From a bacterium (lineage in GTDB: Bacteria > Elusimicrobiota > JBDRMW01), in the NCBI GenBank assembly GCA_043811735.1, contig JBDRMW010000129.1, positions 1 to 58,819 on the forward strand: a DNA stretch of 58,819 nucleotides, in the 5' to 3' direction. The notes below the pieces were generated by a model. The model made no database searches, had not been told where the DNA came from, and saw nothing but the letters and a program-made list of their open reading frames with translations. Below, piece by piece: positions 1 through 8,172 of this stretch; position 1 is the first letter of the stretch, and each line of letters starts with the position of its first letter. Position numbers and translations under genes: made by a program.

Positions 1-1
1 T

Positions 2-409
2 TTTTCTGTTATTTCTCACACATTAGAAACTAAGGATTCTGCCGGTGCCTTTAGTCTATCTATTGACACCTCAAGCTGGTGGCTTAAATTTATTGCATTT
101 ATTACTACATTAAGGTCCCGGCTCACCAAAATTCCGTACGGGGATCAGGCAATATTTATACACAAAGATTATTTTCTTGCGTTAGGCGGTTATAAAAATA
201 TTCCTCTAATGGAAGATATTGAACTAATGAAAGCGATAAAAAAGAATAATGGGAAGATCAGCATTTTACCAGATTATGCGATAACCTCATCACGGAGATG
301 GGACAAGCATGGCCATGTAAAAACAACCGTGATAAACCGCATTATTCGCATATTATATTCATTCGGCATAAACCCGCATATATTAGAAAAAAAATATTAT
401 AAAAATTAA
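2..409 (+). CDS. Glycosyltransferase family 2 protein, C-terminal part (5' end outside window); resembles the GT2 'rSAM/selenodomain-associated transferase 2' family
   Basis: Frame is open from nt 2. Translation ...FSLSIDTSSWWLKFIAFITTLRSRLTKIPYGDQAIFIHKDYFLALGGYKNIPLMEDIELMKAIKK...RRWDKHG. The YGDQAIF and PLMEDxEL motifs are typical of this GT2 subgroup. Stop at 407-409, 12 nt before the next gene. Confidence 0.6.
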   Translation, partial: FSVISHTLETKDSAGAFSLSIDTSSWWLKFIAFITTLRSRLTKIPYGDQAIFIHKDYFLALGGYKNIPLMEDIELMKAIKKNNGKISILPDYAITSSRRWDKHGHVKTTVINRIIRILYSFGINPHILEKKYYKN

Positions 410-421
410 GCAGGAGGAAAT

Positions 422-2425
422 ATGAAAACATTAGAACAGATAAGTGAAAAAAAAATCCCTCGTATAGGAATGGATTTAATTCAGATAAATCTCGGCAACA
501 AATGCAACCAGACCTGCACGCATTGCCATATAAATGCATCTCCAAAGGGAAGTAAAAACATGAGTTTTGCTACTGCTCAAAAGATTGTATCAAAATTAGT
601 TAAACTCCCTATTAAGGATGTGGAATTCACCGGCGGTGCACCGGAACTTAATCCCAATCTAAAATATTTCATTGAACAGCTTAGCAATCAAAAGAAACAA
701 ATTACCGTACGGAGCAATCTAACTGTTCTTAAAATTCCTACGTTTGCCAGGTATATTGATCTGTATAAAAAACACAATGTTAAAGTAATTGCTTCTTTAC
801 CTGATATCTTTCCTGATACAACTGATAAACAACGGGGCAAAGGCACATTTGCTTCAAGCATAGATGTAATCAAACAGCTCAATACTTTAGGATTCGGCAA
901 CAATGGCTATTGCCTAGATTTAGTCTATAACCCTTCAGCTGACTTTCTGCCGCCCGATCAGTTCCAACTTGAACAGAAATACCGTGTGGTATTAGAAGAG
1001 CAGTACGGCATATCATTTAATAAATTAGCAGCTATTGTGAATGTCCCTATAAAACGTTTTAAAGCATCGCTGGACAAGGAAGGTAAATATAACGACTATT
1101 TAAATCTATTAAAGAAAAAACATAATCCAAGCACCATAAACAGCATTATGTGCAAAAAACTGATAACGATAGATTATCAAGGATATGTATATGACTGTGA
1201 TTTTAATCTTGCATTAGATATTAAGATTAAAGGATATGAAAAGCTTAAATTCTGGGATATTGATTTCTCACATTTTAATCCTGAAATATCTATCGGTGAC
1301 CATTGTTTTGCCTGCACCGTAAACATGGGAAGCAGCTGCCACGGCGTAACCGCACCGGAAAATAAAGATTCAGCTTCTAAGGTAACAGACCTGGTTAAAC
1401 AATACTATGGGGAAGAGCTCACTAAAACAGAGGACTTAAAAACCGGCGCCTGCTGTACTGCTGATGCACCTCCGGTTCATATTCAAAAAATACTTGCTCT
1501 TATACATGATGAGATTCAGATGAAATATTATGGATGCGGATCCCCGATCCCCTTTTCTCTTGAGGGATTAACAATCCTTGATGCAGGCTGCGGGACCGGC
1601 AGAGACTGCTACATTATGTCAAAACTGGCTGGCAAGGATGGTTTTGTATACGGCATAGACATGACGAAAAACCAATTGGATGTGGCAAAGAAGCATTTGG
1701 CTGAGCAATCAAAGAGATTTGGATTAAAAAAACCGAATGTAGCTTTTATTCTTGATTACTTAGAAAACATTACCAAACATATTAAACCCAATTCAATTGA
1801 TGTGATAACCTCTAACTGTGTTATCAATTTGGTTGAAAACAAGCAAATAGTTTTACAGCAAATATTCAATGTGCTTAAAAACAGCGGTGAATTTTATTTT
1901 TCTGATGTGTATACTGACCGACGATCCCCGGAACAAGTCAGCACTAACCCGGTGCTGTACGGAGAATGTTTGGGAGGTGCCCTGTATAAAAAAGATTTTG
2001 AACGCTTAGCGCGCAAAGTTGGTTTTCTTGATCCCCGGATTGTATCACAAAAAGAAATTCCTATAACAAACCAAGAAATTAAAAAACTGATCGGTAATAT
2101 AAAATTCTGCTCAATTACCTATCGGTTATGGAAATTACAAGGCATTGAAGATACCTGTGAAGATTACGGCCATACCGCCACCTATAATGGCGGTATACCT
2201 GAATCTCCAAATAAATTCATGTTAGACGATGGTCATACATTTTATCAAAACAAACCTGAACTGGTATGCGGCAATACGGCACTCATGCTTTCTCAAACCA
2301 GATTCAAAAAATATTTCACCGTTACCGGCAGTTTTGCAGAACATTTTGGCATATTTGCAGATTGTTCAAACACGAAACCAAACAAAGATGTTAAAGTAAA
2401 AGTTGCTGCTTCAGGATGCTGCTAA
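422..2425 (+). CDS. arsS/arsM: Fusion protein: arsenosugar-type radical SAM enzyme ArsS (N-terminal, about nt 422-1350) plus AS3MT/ArsM-type arsenite S-adenosylmethionine methyltransferase (about nt 1381-2425)
   Basis: AGGAGG 5-10 nt upstream of the ATG. N-terminal half: CNQTCTHC (CX3CX2C radical-SAM cluster, aa 28-35) and Cys-rich end HCFACTVNMGSSCHG. C-terminal half: YYG..L....DLKTGACCT, YYGCGSPIP, ILDAGCGTGRDCY (SAM motif I), SNCVINL, GEFYFSDVY, YGECLGGALY. All four conserved ArsM/AS3MT cysteine positions are present. Tail ends SGCC. Confidence 0.8.
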   Translation: MKTLEQISEKKIPRIGMDLIQINLGNKCNQTCTHCHINASPKGSKNMSFATAQKIVSKLVKLPIKDVEFTGGAPELNPNLKYFIEQLSNQKKQITVRSNLTVLKIPTFARYIDLYKKHNVKVIASLPDIFPDTTDKQRGKGTFASSIDVIKQLNTLGFGNNGYCLDLVYNPSADFLPPDQFQLEQKYRVVLEEQYGISFNKLAAIVNVPIKRFKASLDKEGKYNDYLNLLKKKHNPSTINSIMCKKLITIDYQGYVYDCDFNLALDIKIKGYEKLKFWDIDFSHFNPEISIGDHCFACTVNMGSSCHGVTAPENKDSASKVTDLVKQYYGEELTKTEDLKTGACCTADAPPVHIQKILALIHDEIQMKYYGCGSPIPFSLEGLTILDAGCGTGRDCYIMSKLAGKDGFVYGIDMTKNQLDVAKKHLAEQSKRFGLKKPNVAFILDYLENITKHIKPNSIDVITSNCVINLVENKQIVLQQIFNVLKNSGEFYFSDVYTDRRSPEQVSTNPVLYGECLGGALYKKDFERLARKVGFLDPRIVSQKEIPITNQEIKKLIGNIKFCSITYRLWKLQGIEDTCEDYGHTATYNGGIPESPNKFMLDDGHTFYQNKPELVCGNTALMLSQTRFKKYFTVTGSFAEHFGIFADCSNTKPNKDVKVKVAASGCC

Positions 2426-2428
2426 CCA

Positions 2429-3028
2429 ATGAAGAAAAACTGCATTATATTATTTGTAAAATACCCCCAAAAAGGAAAAGTAAAGACACGCCTGGCAGCA
2501 GACATTGGTTCTGCGCAAGCAACCGCATTATATAAAAACTTTATCAAAGATATTCTTTCACTTACAAAAACTATCACGTCTGAAGTGTGCATTCTGTTTG
2601 ATCCTCCTGCCAAACAATCAAAATTCAAAAAGTGGCTGGGACCAGCATACCAGTATTATCCTCAATCAAGGGGAGATCTGGGTGAACGCATGAAAAATGC
2701 ATTTATTTTTGGATTTAATCAAGGATATGCCAACATAATTATTTTAGGTTCTGACAGCCCTGACATACCTCCGCGCATTCTTAAAAGCGCATTTACAACG
2801 CTTAATGGACAAAAATCTGTCGTTGGACCCTCATATGACGGCGGCTATTATCTTATCGGGTTTAATCGTAAATTTTTTAATCCTGATATATTCACTGAGA
2901 TACCTTGGAGTACAGACAGGGTAATGGAAAAAACAATTGAAAAATTCAAAAAGAATAAACTATCTTTCAGGCTTCTTCCCCTCTGGCATGATGTTGATAC
3001 GTACAAAGATCTTGCCTATCTTTTATAA
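2429..3028 (+). CDS. DUF2064-family (nucleotidyl/glycosyl)transferase-like protein; resembles 'rSAM/selenodomain-associated transferase 1'
   Basis: ATG lies 3 nt after the arsS/arsM stop. N-terminus CIILFVKYPQKGKVKTRLA, then GDLGERM, IILGSDSPDIP, DGGYYLIG and WSTD, as in DUF2064 proteins. Confidence 0.7.
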   Translation: MKKNCIILFVKYPQKGKVKTRLAADIGSAQATALYKNFIKDILSLTKTITSEVCILFDPPAKQSKFKKWLGPAYQYYPQSRGDLGERMKNAFIFGFNQGYANIIILGSDSPDIPPRILKSAFTTLNGQKSVVGPSYDGGYYLIGFNRKFFNPDIFTEIPWSTDRVMEKTIEKFKKNKLSFRLLPLWHDVDTYKDLAYLL

Positions 3029-3057
3029 ATAGGTTAATAGGAGACAGTCACCTATTT
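3027..3057. terminator. Weak hairpin between convergent operons (AAATAGGT / ACCTATTT, 15-nt loop)
   Basis: 8-bp inverted repeat overlapping the stop of the DUF2064 gene. No clean U-tract on either strand. Confidence 0.25.
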
Positions 3058-3091
3058 AAATTAGAATGTTACAAATGTAAGCAACGTCCCC

Positions 3092-4519
3092 TTAAGCCCT
3101 TAAGCCGGCTATTTTTTTTATTAGTGTTTTTACCCAGGGTTTTAATGCTTCTTTTCTTGCTAATAACGCCGTCTGCCTTATAACTTCAACTGCCGTTGGA
3201 TATGAAACAACAAAATTAGCAAGCTCAGTAAATTTCATTTTTTTCTTCATAGCGATCACCAGCTGCGGCAAAAACTCTCCTGCACCATGCGCAACCATAT
3301 GCGCTCCGAGTATATACCCCTTTATATCAGTCACAACTTTAACAAAACCTTCTGTTCTTCCCATAGCTTTAAACCGGTCATTATCCCCAACCGGGAACCG
3401 ATATACTTTTACGGCATTGAATTTATTCCGTGCTTCCGTTTCGGTTAAGCCCACACGTGCTATTTCAGGATCCGTATAGGTAACCCAGGGAAACGCATCA
3501 TAATTTGCATTGGCTTTAACCGGGAAAAGTGCATTTTGAATAATGATACCTGCCTGATAACCCGCTGCATGGGTAAACTGCAGGCCTTCCGCACAATCTC
3601 CGCAGGCATAAATATTCGGCACCGATGTTTTTTGTTTTGAATCAACCGTAATACCTCTTCTGGAAAATGCAACCCCTGCTTTTTCCAAATCCATCCCTTC
3701 AATATTAGGGATCCGGCCTAAGCCGACCAGCATCTCATCCCCTTCAATAGCTTTTTTTAATCCATCTTTCTCAATAATAACCTGTTTACCTGAAGCTGTC
3801 TTATGAACTTCTTTAATATTTACACCCAAATGAAATTTTAATCCTTCCTTTGTTAGCTGTTTATACATAAAATCCCGCACTTCTTTGTCTTCTTTTATAA
3901 AGATAGAATCTGCTTTATCTAAAACTTCAACTTCTGCTCCTAACCTAAAAAAAGCCTGAGATAGCTCAAGCCCAATGGGACCTGCACCGAACACGATTAA
4001 TTTCTTTGGGAATTTCGTATTATCAAATACAGTTAAATTGGTTAAATAACCTGTTTCTTCAAGGCCTGGTATAGGAACTTTTGCCGGCCGTCCACCGGTG
4101 GCAATAACAATTGTTTTTGCAGAATATATTGTACCCTCAACTTCAATCTCATGTGATGAAACAAATTTTGGGCTTCCAAACACAAGCTCACAGCCCAAGT
4201 TCTTAAAACGTTCCGGAGAATCATGTTTTTGAATATCTTTTATAACAGACTGCACCCGATTGATAATATTACCAAGGGCAAACTCAGGTTTGTGCGGTTT
4301 TAAACCGTATGTATCCGCAGTCCTCATCAGCCAGGCAACACGAGAAGACTCGATCAATGTTTTACTCGGTACACATCCATGATACAAACAATCCCCGCCC
4401 AATTTGTTTTTCTCAATAAGGAGCACCTTGGCGCCTAATTGCGCCGATGCACTTGCCGCCACGAGACCTCCTGAACCACCGCCTAGAACAGCAACATCAT
4501 ACTTGTACATATTCCCCAT
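3092..4519 (-). CDS. FAD-dependent pyridine nucleotide-disulfide oxidoreductase (class I; dihydrolipoyl dehydrogenase / MerA-like fold, not MerA)
   Basis: DVAVLGGGSGGL FAD motif, redox-active disulfide GGDCLYHGCVPSK, second dinucleotide fold LIVFGAGPIGLE, ACGDC, C-terminal dimerisation domain. GGGGGAG SD upstream. Confidence 0.85.
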   Translation of the reverse strand: MGNMYKYDVAVLGGGSGGLVAASASAQLGAKVLLIEKNKLGGDCLYHGCVPSKTLIESSRVAWLMRTADTYGLKPHKPEFALGNIINRVQSVIKDIQKHDSPERFKNLGCELVFGSPKFVSSHEIEVEGTIYSAKTIVIATGGRPAKVPIPGLEETGYLTNLTVFDNTKFPKKLIVFGAGPIGLELSQAFFRLGAEVEVLDKADSIFIKEDKEVRDFMYKQLTKEGLKFHLGVNIKEVHKTASGKQVIIEKDGLKKAIEGDEMLVGLGRIPNIEGMDLEKAGVAFSRRGITVDSKQKTSVPNIYACGDCAEGLQFTHAAGYQAGIIIQNALFPVKANANYDAFPWVTYTDPEIARVGLTETEARNKFNAVKVYRFPVGDNDRFKAMGRTEGFVKVVTDIKGYILGAHMVAHGAGEFLPQLVIAMKKKMKFTELANFVVSYPTAVEVIRQTALLARKEALKPWVKTLIKKIAGLRA

Positions 4520-4531
4520 TGAACTCCCCCA

Positions 4532-5296
4532 TTATTTCTTATTCCTTGAGAGATCATTTAAACTCCAATCATAAGAAAAATACCCGATTAACATATCTTT
4601 GGTTATCTTTGCACGATCAGATACTTTTGTATATATCTTTAAAAACTCTTTAACACCGCCCGAAACTTCAAAATCTTTATCAAACCATTTAAATATAGAT
4701 GAAATAACTATTTTGTCTTTTTTAAAAGCCGTTCCTTTAACCTTATTATTAATAAATGCTCTTATCTGATCATCCAGCTGTTCGCTCAACCAGGATGCAT
4801 CAAATGCTTCCATCCGTAAATCTGGACAGCTGAGTGATGCGCAGACAATCGCCGCATGAATACGCGGATCACCCATTTTACGAAGGATTTCATGTTCAAT
4901 TTTTTTTTATGTATACGGCTTACCTTTTATTGTATAAATTTCTTTATCCCAGACCGGATTAAAGAGGCTCCCAATATCTTTTATGCCTTTTACCGGATAA
5001 TGGTCCAGCACCATCTTTATCGCAAGAATATTGTATGCATTAATCCAGAAAGCTTTTGCTTCATCTCCTTTAAGTGCATCTACATCTATTTGTGCAAGTT
5101 CTTTCAACGCCTTACCATACCGTGAATCAGCCTGTATACCCTTATAATCAACTAGATTTAAAGGAATACCATTAACCGTTCCAGCCACAACATGCTTTTT
5201 AAATAGTTCATCAATAAGCTGTGTAAATTTAGCATCAGCCTGCAGCCATCCGGTAACAAAACTTAACATCATGAAACTTACTATAAATTTTTTCAT
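4532..5296 (-). pseudogene. DUF547 domain protein with signal peptide, interrupted by one in-frame TAA (4907-4909)
   Basis: ORFs 4907..5296 and 4532..4876 are in the same frame. Read-through translation is ...[41 protein letters not shown]..., contiguous with the DUF547 core (INAYN...DHYP...IEHxILR...DPRIHxAxVCAxxSCP). Confidence 0.7.
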
Positions 5297-5311
5297 TTAT
5301 ACTGTTCCTCG

Positions 5312-5998
5312 TTAGTTTTTGAGTTTGTTCTTAGCTGCTTTTACCAGAAAACCTAATACTGCCAATGCAGCAGCAACCGCAGCTACTAATCCCCAGGGCA
5401 CTCTTCCCTGTTCAATCCCTTGAGTAAATGCATCAGCACCTACCACAAAGAGAACCGTCCCAGGCAGCATACACATCCAGGACCACAAGACATATGTCCA
5501 AAAAGGAACTTTAGTTAATCCAAATCCATAATTAAGCAGATTAAAAGGAAAGGCCGGGACTAAACGTGTAATGGCAACCATAATCGCACCATGTTCTTCG
5601 GTCATCTGATCAAGTTTTTTAAATTTTTCGTTCCTTTGCAGCCACTTTGCAGCTGATTCTCGGGCAAAATAACGGGCAATTAAAAATGATAATGCGGCAC
5701 CGATTGTTGAGCCAATACTGACCAGTATAATACCTAAAATCGATCCAAAAAGAGCTCCTGCTCCCACCGTCAGTACTGATCCGGGAAGCGCCGCCACCAC
5801 GGCAACGATATAAAGCGCGGTAAAAACAACCGGCCCAAATACTCCCAAAGAATCAATCCATCCTTTTAACGCACTGATTTTGTCTCCCAAGCCAAATACT
5901 TTTGTTAGAATAAGGACCACAATAACTGCACCTATCAGCGCGATTGGTCTCCATAATCCTTGAGATTTTTTTTCACTTGCACTGTTTTCACTTCCCAT
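5312..5998 (-). CDS. TVP38/TMEM64 family (DedA superfamily) inner-membrane protein
   Basis: About 5 TM helices. LPGSVLTVGAGALFG and ITRLVPAFPFNLLNYGFGLT motifs are typical of SNARE-associated/TVP38 proteins. Confidence 0.8.
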   Translation of the reverse strand: MGSENSASEKKSQGLWRPIALIGAVIVVLILTKVFGLGDKISALKGWIDSLGVFGPVVFTALYIVAVVAALPGSVLTVGAGALFGSILGIILVSIGSTIGAALSFLIARYFARESAAKWLQRNEKFKKLDQMTEEHGAIMVAITRLVPAFPFNLLNYGFGLTKVPFWTYVLWSWMCMLPGTVLFVVGADAFTQGIEQGRVPWGLVAAVAAALAVLGFLVKAAKNKLKN

Positions 5999-6248
5999 TG
6001 CTGCTCCTGGTCCACCAGAACATTTTTGTGATCTTTATCTTCTTATCATTTTTATGATACTATGCTAGTATCTTTATATCAAGCTTATAATATATTTTTT
6101 TCTATGTTTAATTGCAATAATTCAGCGTTCATACGTCTGATTGAAACAGCTCTTAAAGGAGACCGGGATGTTAAGAAGATGCTTTGGCTGGATTTTTCTA
6201 AAGATTAAAAGGGAGCGATTAAACCTTAGGGTTAAACATGGATTGGTA

Positions 6249-7352
6249 TTACCGAGCAGCCAGGACATCCTCATGCAACGCGTCAGACATTTCCTGAACA
6301 ATCGTATCCATTAATTCTTTTACATGTACGATCTTTTCTATTTTGTGCACATTACTGCCGCAAAAGACAACCGCATTATCAATATCGCCTTTAACCGCAT
6401 TGACCAATGCTTTGGCAATACAATACGGTGCGGTTTTAGGATCGCAGGTGCGTAAACACTTGTAATGACAGCTAAAAGGAATCCGTGCACCGTTCATTAT
6501 TCTGTCCACAAACTTCGTTTTCAAAGATTTTCCCGGCATACCTACCGGACTGTCAATAATCACCACATCGCTTTCTTTTGCCGAAATATATAACTGCTTA
6601 AACTCATCAGCAACTGAACATTCATGCGTTGCAACAAATCGGGTAGCCATCTGTACACCCTGCACTCCCAGCTTAAAGAAACGAACTGCATCTTTACCGT
6701 CAAATATTCCTCCGGCTGCTATAACGGGAATATTAACTCCTGCTTCTTTTCCATACGTATTGACTGCATTCATTACCTCAACAACTATTTCTTCAAGCAT
6801 ATGTTCTTTAGGCGGTTTTAATTCTTCGGCCTTAAAACCCAGATGTCCTCCGGCTAACGGCCCTTCAACCACAACCGCATCAGGCAATCGATTATATCTT
6901 CTTTTCCAGGTTTTACAAATGAGCTCTACAGCGCGTGACGATGAAACGATCGGTATAAGTTTAATTGGATAGCCTTTGGTTATTTCAGGCAGATTAAGCG
7001 GTAATCCTGCTCCTGCAACAATGAAATCAGCACCTTCTTGAGCTGCGGTCTTGGCTAATTCCTCATAATTAGTCAGCGCAAACAAAATATTAACCCCGAT
7101 AGCTCCGGTGGTGCGCTCTCTGGCCATCCGCAGTTCATCGCGTAATCCTTCGTTTGAAACACGCACATAATTCAGCTGATTTTCTTCAGTCCCATATCCC
7201 AGGGCCACACTGGCAATAACACCTGCTCCCCCGCAGTTTGCGACCGCACTGGCTAATGAAGACGTCGATACTTTAACACCCATGCCGCCTTGAATAATAG
7301 GAATTTTTATTTCTAAATCACCGATAACAAGTGGTTGTAACTTATAAGCCAT
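6249..7352 (-). CDS. Nitronate monooxygenase / FabK-like NAD(P)H-dependent flavin oxidoreductase family protein with Cys-rich C-terminal segment
   Basis: PIIQGGMGVKVSTSSLASAVANCGGAG, GADFIVAGAG, EGPLAGGHLG, IAAGGIFDG. The C-terminal part carries CHYKCLRTCDPKTAPYC. Confidence 0.8.
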   Translation of the reverse strand: MAYKLQPLVIGDLEIKIPIIQGGMGVKVSTSSLASAVANCGGAGVIASVALGYGTEENQLNYVRVSNEGLRDELRMARERTTGAIGVNILFALTNYEELAKTAAQEGADFIVAGAGLPLNLPEITKGYPIKLIPIVSSSRAVELICKTWKRRYNRLPDAVVVEGPLAGGHLGFKAEELKPPKEHMLEEIVVEVMNAVNTYGKEAGVNIPVIAAGGIFDGKDAVRFFKLGVQGVQMATRFVATHECSVADEFKQLYISAKESDVVIIDSPVGMPGKSLKTKFVDRIMNGARIPFSCHYKCLRTCDPKTAPYCIAKALVNAVKGDIDNAVVFCGSNVHKIEKIVHVKELMDTIVQEMSDALHEDVLAAR

Positions 7353-7422
7353 TATTCTATCCTTTTTATACCTGATTTTTTTTATATTATACTTTAAATA
7401 AAACTTAAATTAAAACAATTTT

Positions 7423-7485
7423 TTACTCTGGTACCTTTACCTCAACGATTTCAAGATCAAAATTAAGTGTTTTACCTGCTAAAGT
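7423..7485 (-). pseudogene. Relic of the 3' end of an FKBP-type peptidyl-prolyl isomerase gene
   Basis: Minus-strand translation (T)LAGKTLNFDLEIVEVKVPE* matches the characteristic FKBP/SlyD C-terminal signature (hPLAGKtLxFxvEvveV). No matching upstream coding sequence; preceded by a T9 run. Confidence 0.35.
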
Positions 7486-7599
7486 AAAAAAAACCGCAAA
7501 GGACAATCACTTCGCGGCCGATAAACAACAAATATTACGATTGATTAAACAGCCTATCAATTGTAGTTATATTATCCCAATTACAGATGATAAAGTCAA

Positions 7600-8106
7600 C
7601 TAAAAAACTTTTTTCTCATAAAGTTCTAACGTTTCTTTATTAGGCACCGGTATAACAATAAACCAGTTGCCTTTATCCTGCACGATATAATGCCCAATAC
7701 TTATGCTTGAATATTCCTCAGTTTTTATCTCAATATCTATTTGATGGGTTGGTGTGATTGGCCACCGGGGATCATTGTTAGGTTCCGGAGGTTTCCAGCC
7801 TTTTAAATCGTGTATACTCATAGGCGCATTTAAGGGTATGTGGTGTGATAAATCCTTCATGATGACATAATCTATGTATTTTTGTTCGAGCGGAGATAGA
7901 TTCATCTTACACAAGGGATGTATTAATTGAGCAAGTTTATGTTGATTTTGTTCCTGAACAGCTGCAACAAATGACTCTGCAAGCTGTTCCGGGGTTGGGT
8001 CCGTAATATCAACCGTATACGAAGAACATCCTGCACATGAAATAACAAGCATTACTGCTATGCTTGATATTCTCATTAAATTATTAGAGTGAGCCAATAA
8101 ATTCAT
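7600..8106 (-). CDS. Hypothetical lipoprotein
   Basis: Signal peptide MRISSIAVMLVISCAGC with lipobox-like V-I-S-C. No recognisable domain. Confidence 0.5.
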   Translation of the reverse strand: MNLLAHSNNLMRISSIAVMLVISCAGCSSYTVDITDPTPEQLAESFVAAVQEQNQHKLAQLIHPLCKMNLSPLEQKYIDYVIMKDLSHHIPLNAPMSIHDLKGWKPPEPNNDPRWPITPTHQIDIEIKTEEYSSISIGHYIVQDKGNWFIVIPVPNKETLELYEKKVF

Positions 8107-8172
8107 TTAAAATCTCCTATAAATAGTTTTTTTGCTTACACATCGTCAAAAATAACAATATGGTTTTATCGC

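Noticed and set aside
422-1366. Possible selenocysteine (in-frame TGA plus SECIS) in the ArsS-like domain, since this family includes selenoproteins.
   Set aside because: The ORF is uninterrupted and the family's Sec/Cys position reads GSSCHG. This is the Cys form, and no recoding is needed.
3092-4519. Mercuric reductase (MerA) assignment for the FAD disulfide reductase.
   Set aside because: It lacks the C-terminal vicinal Cys pair and the N-terminal HMA (NmerA) domain, and no mer genes are nearby. Kept as a generic class-I disulfide oxidoreductase.
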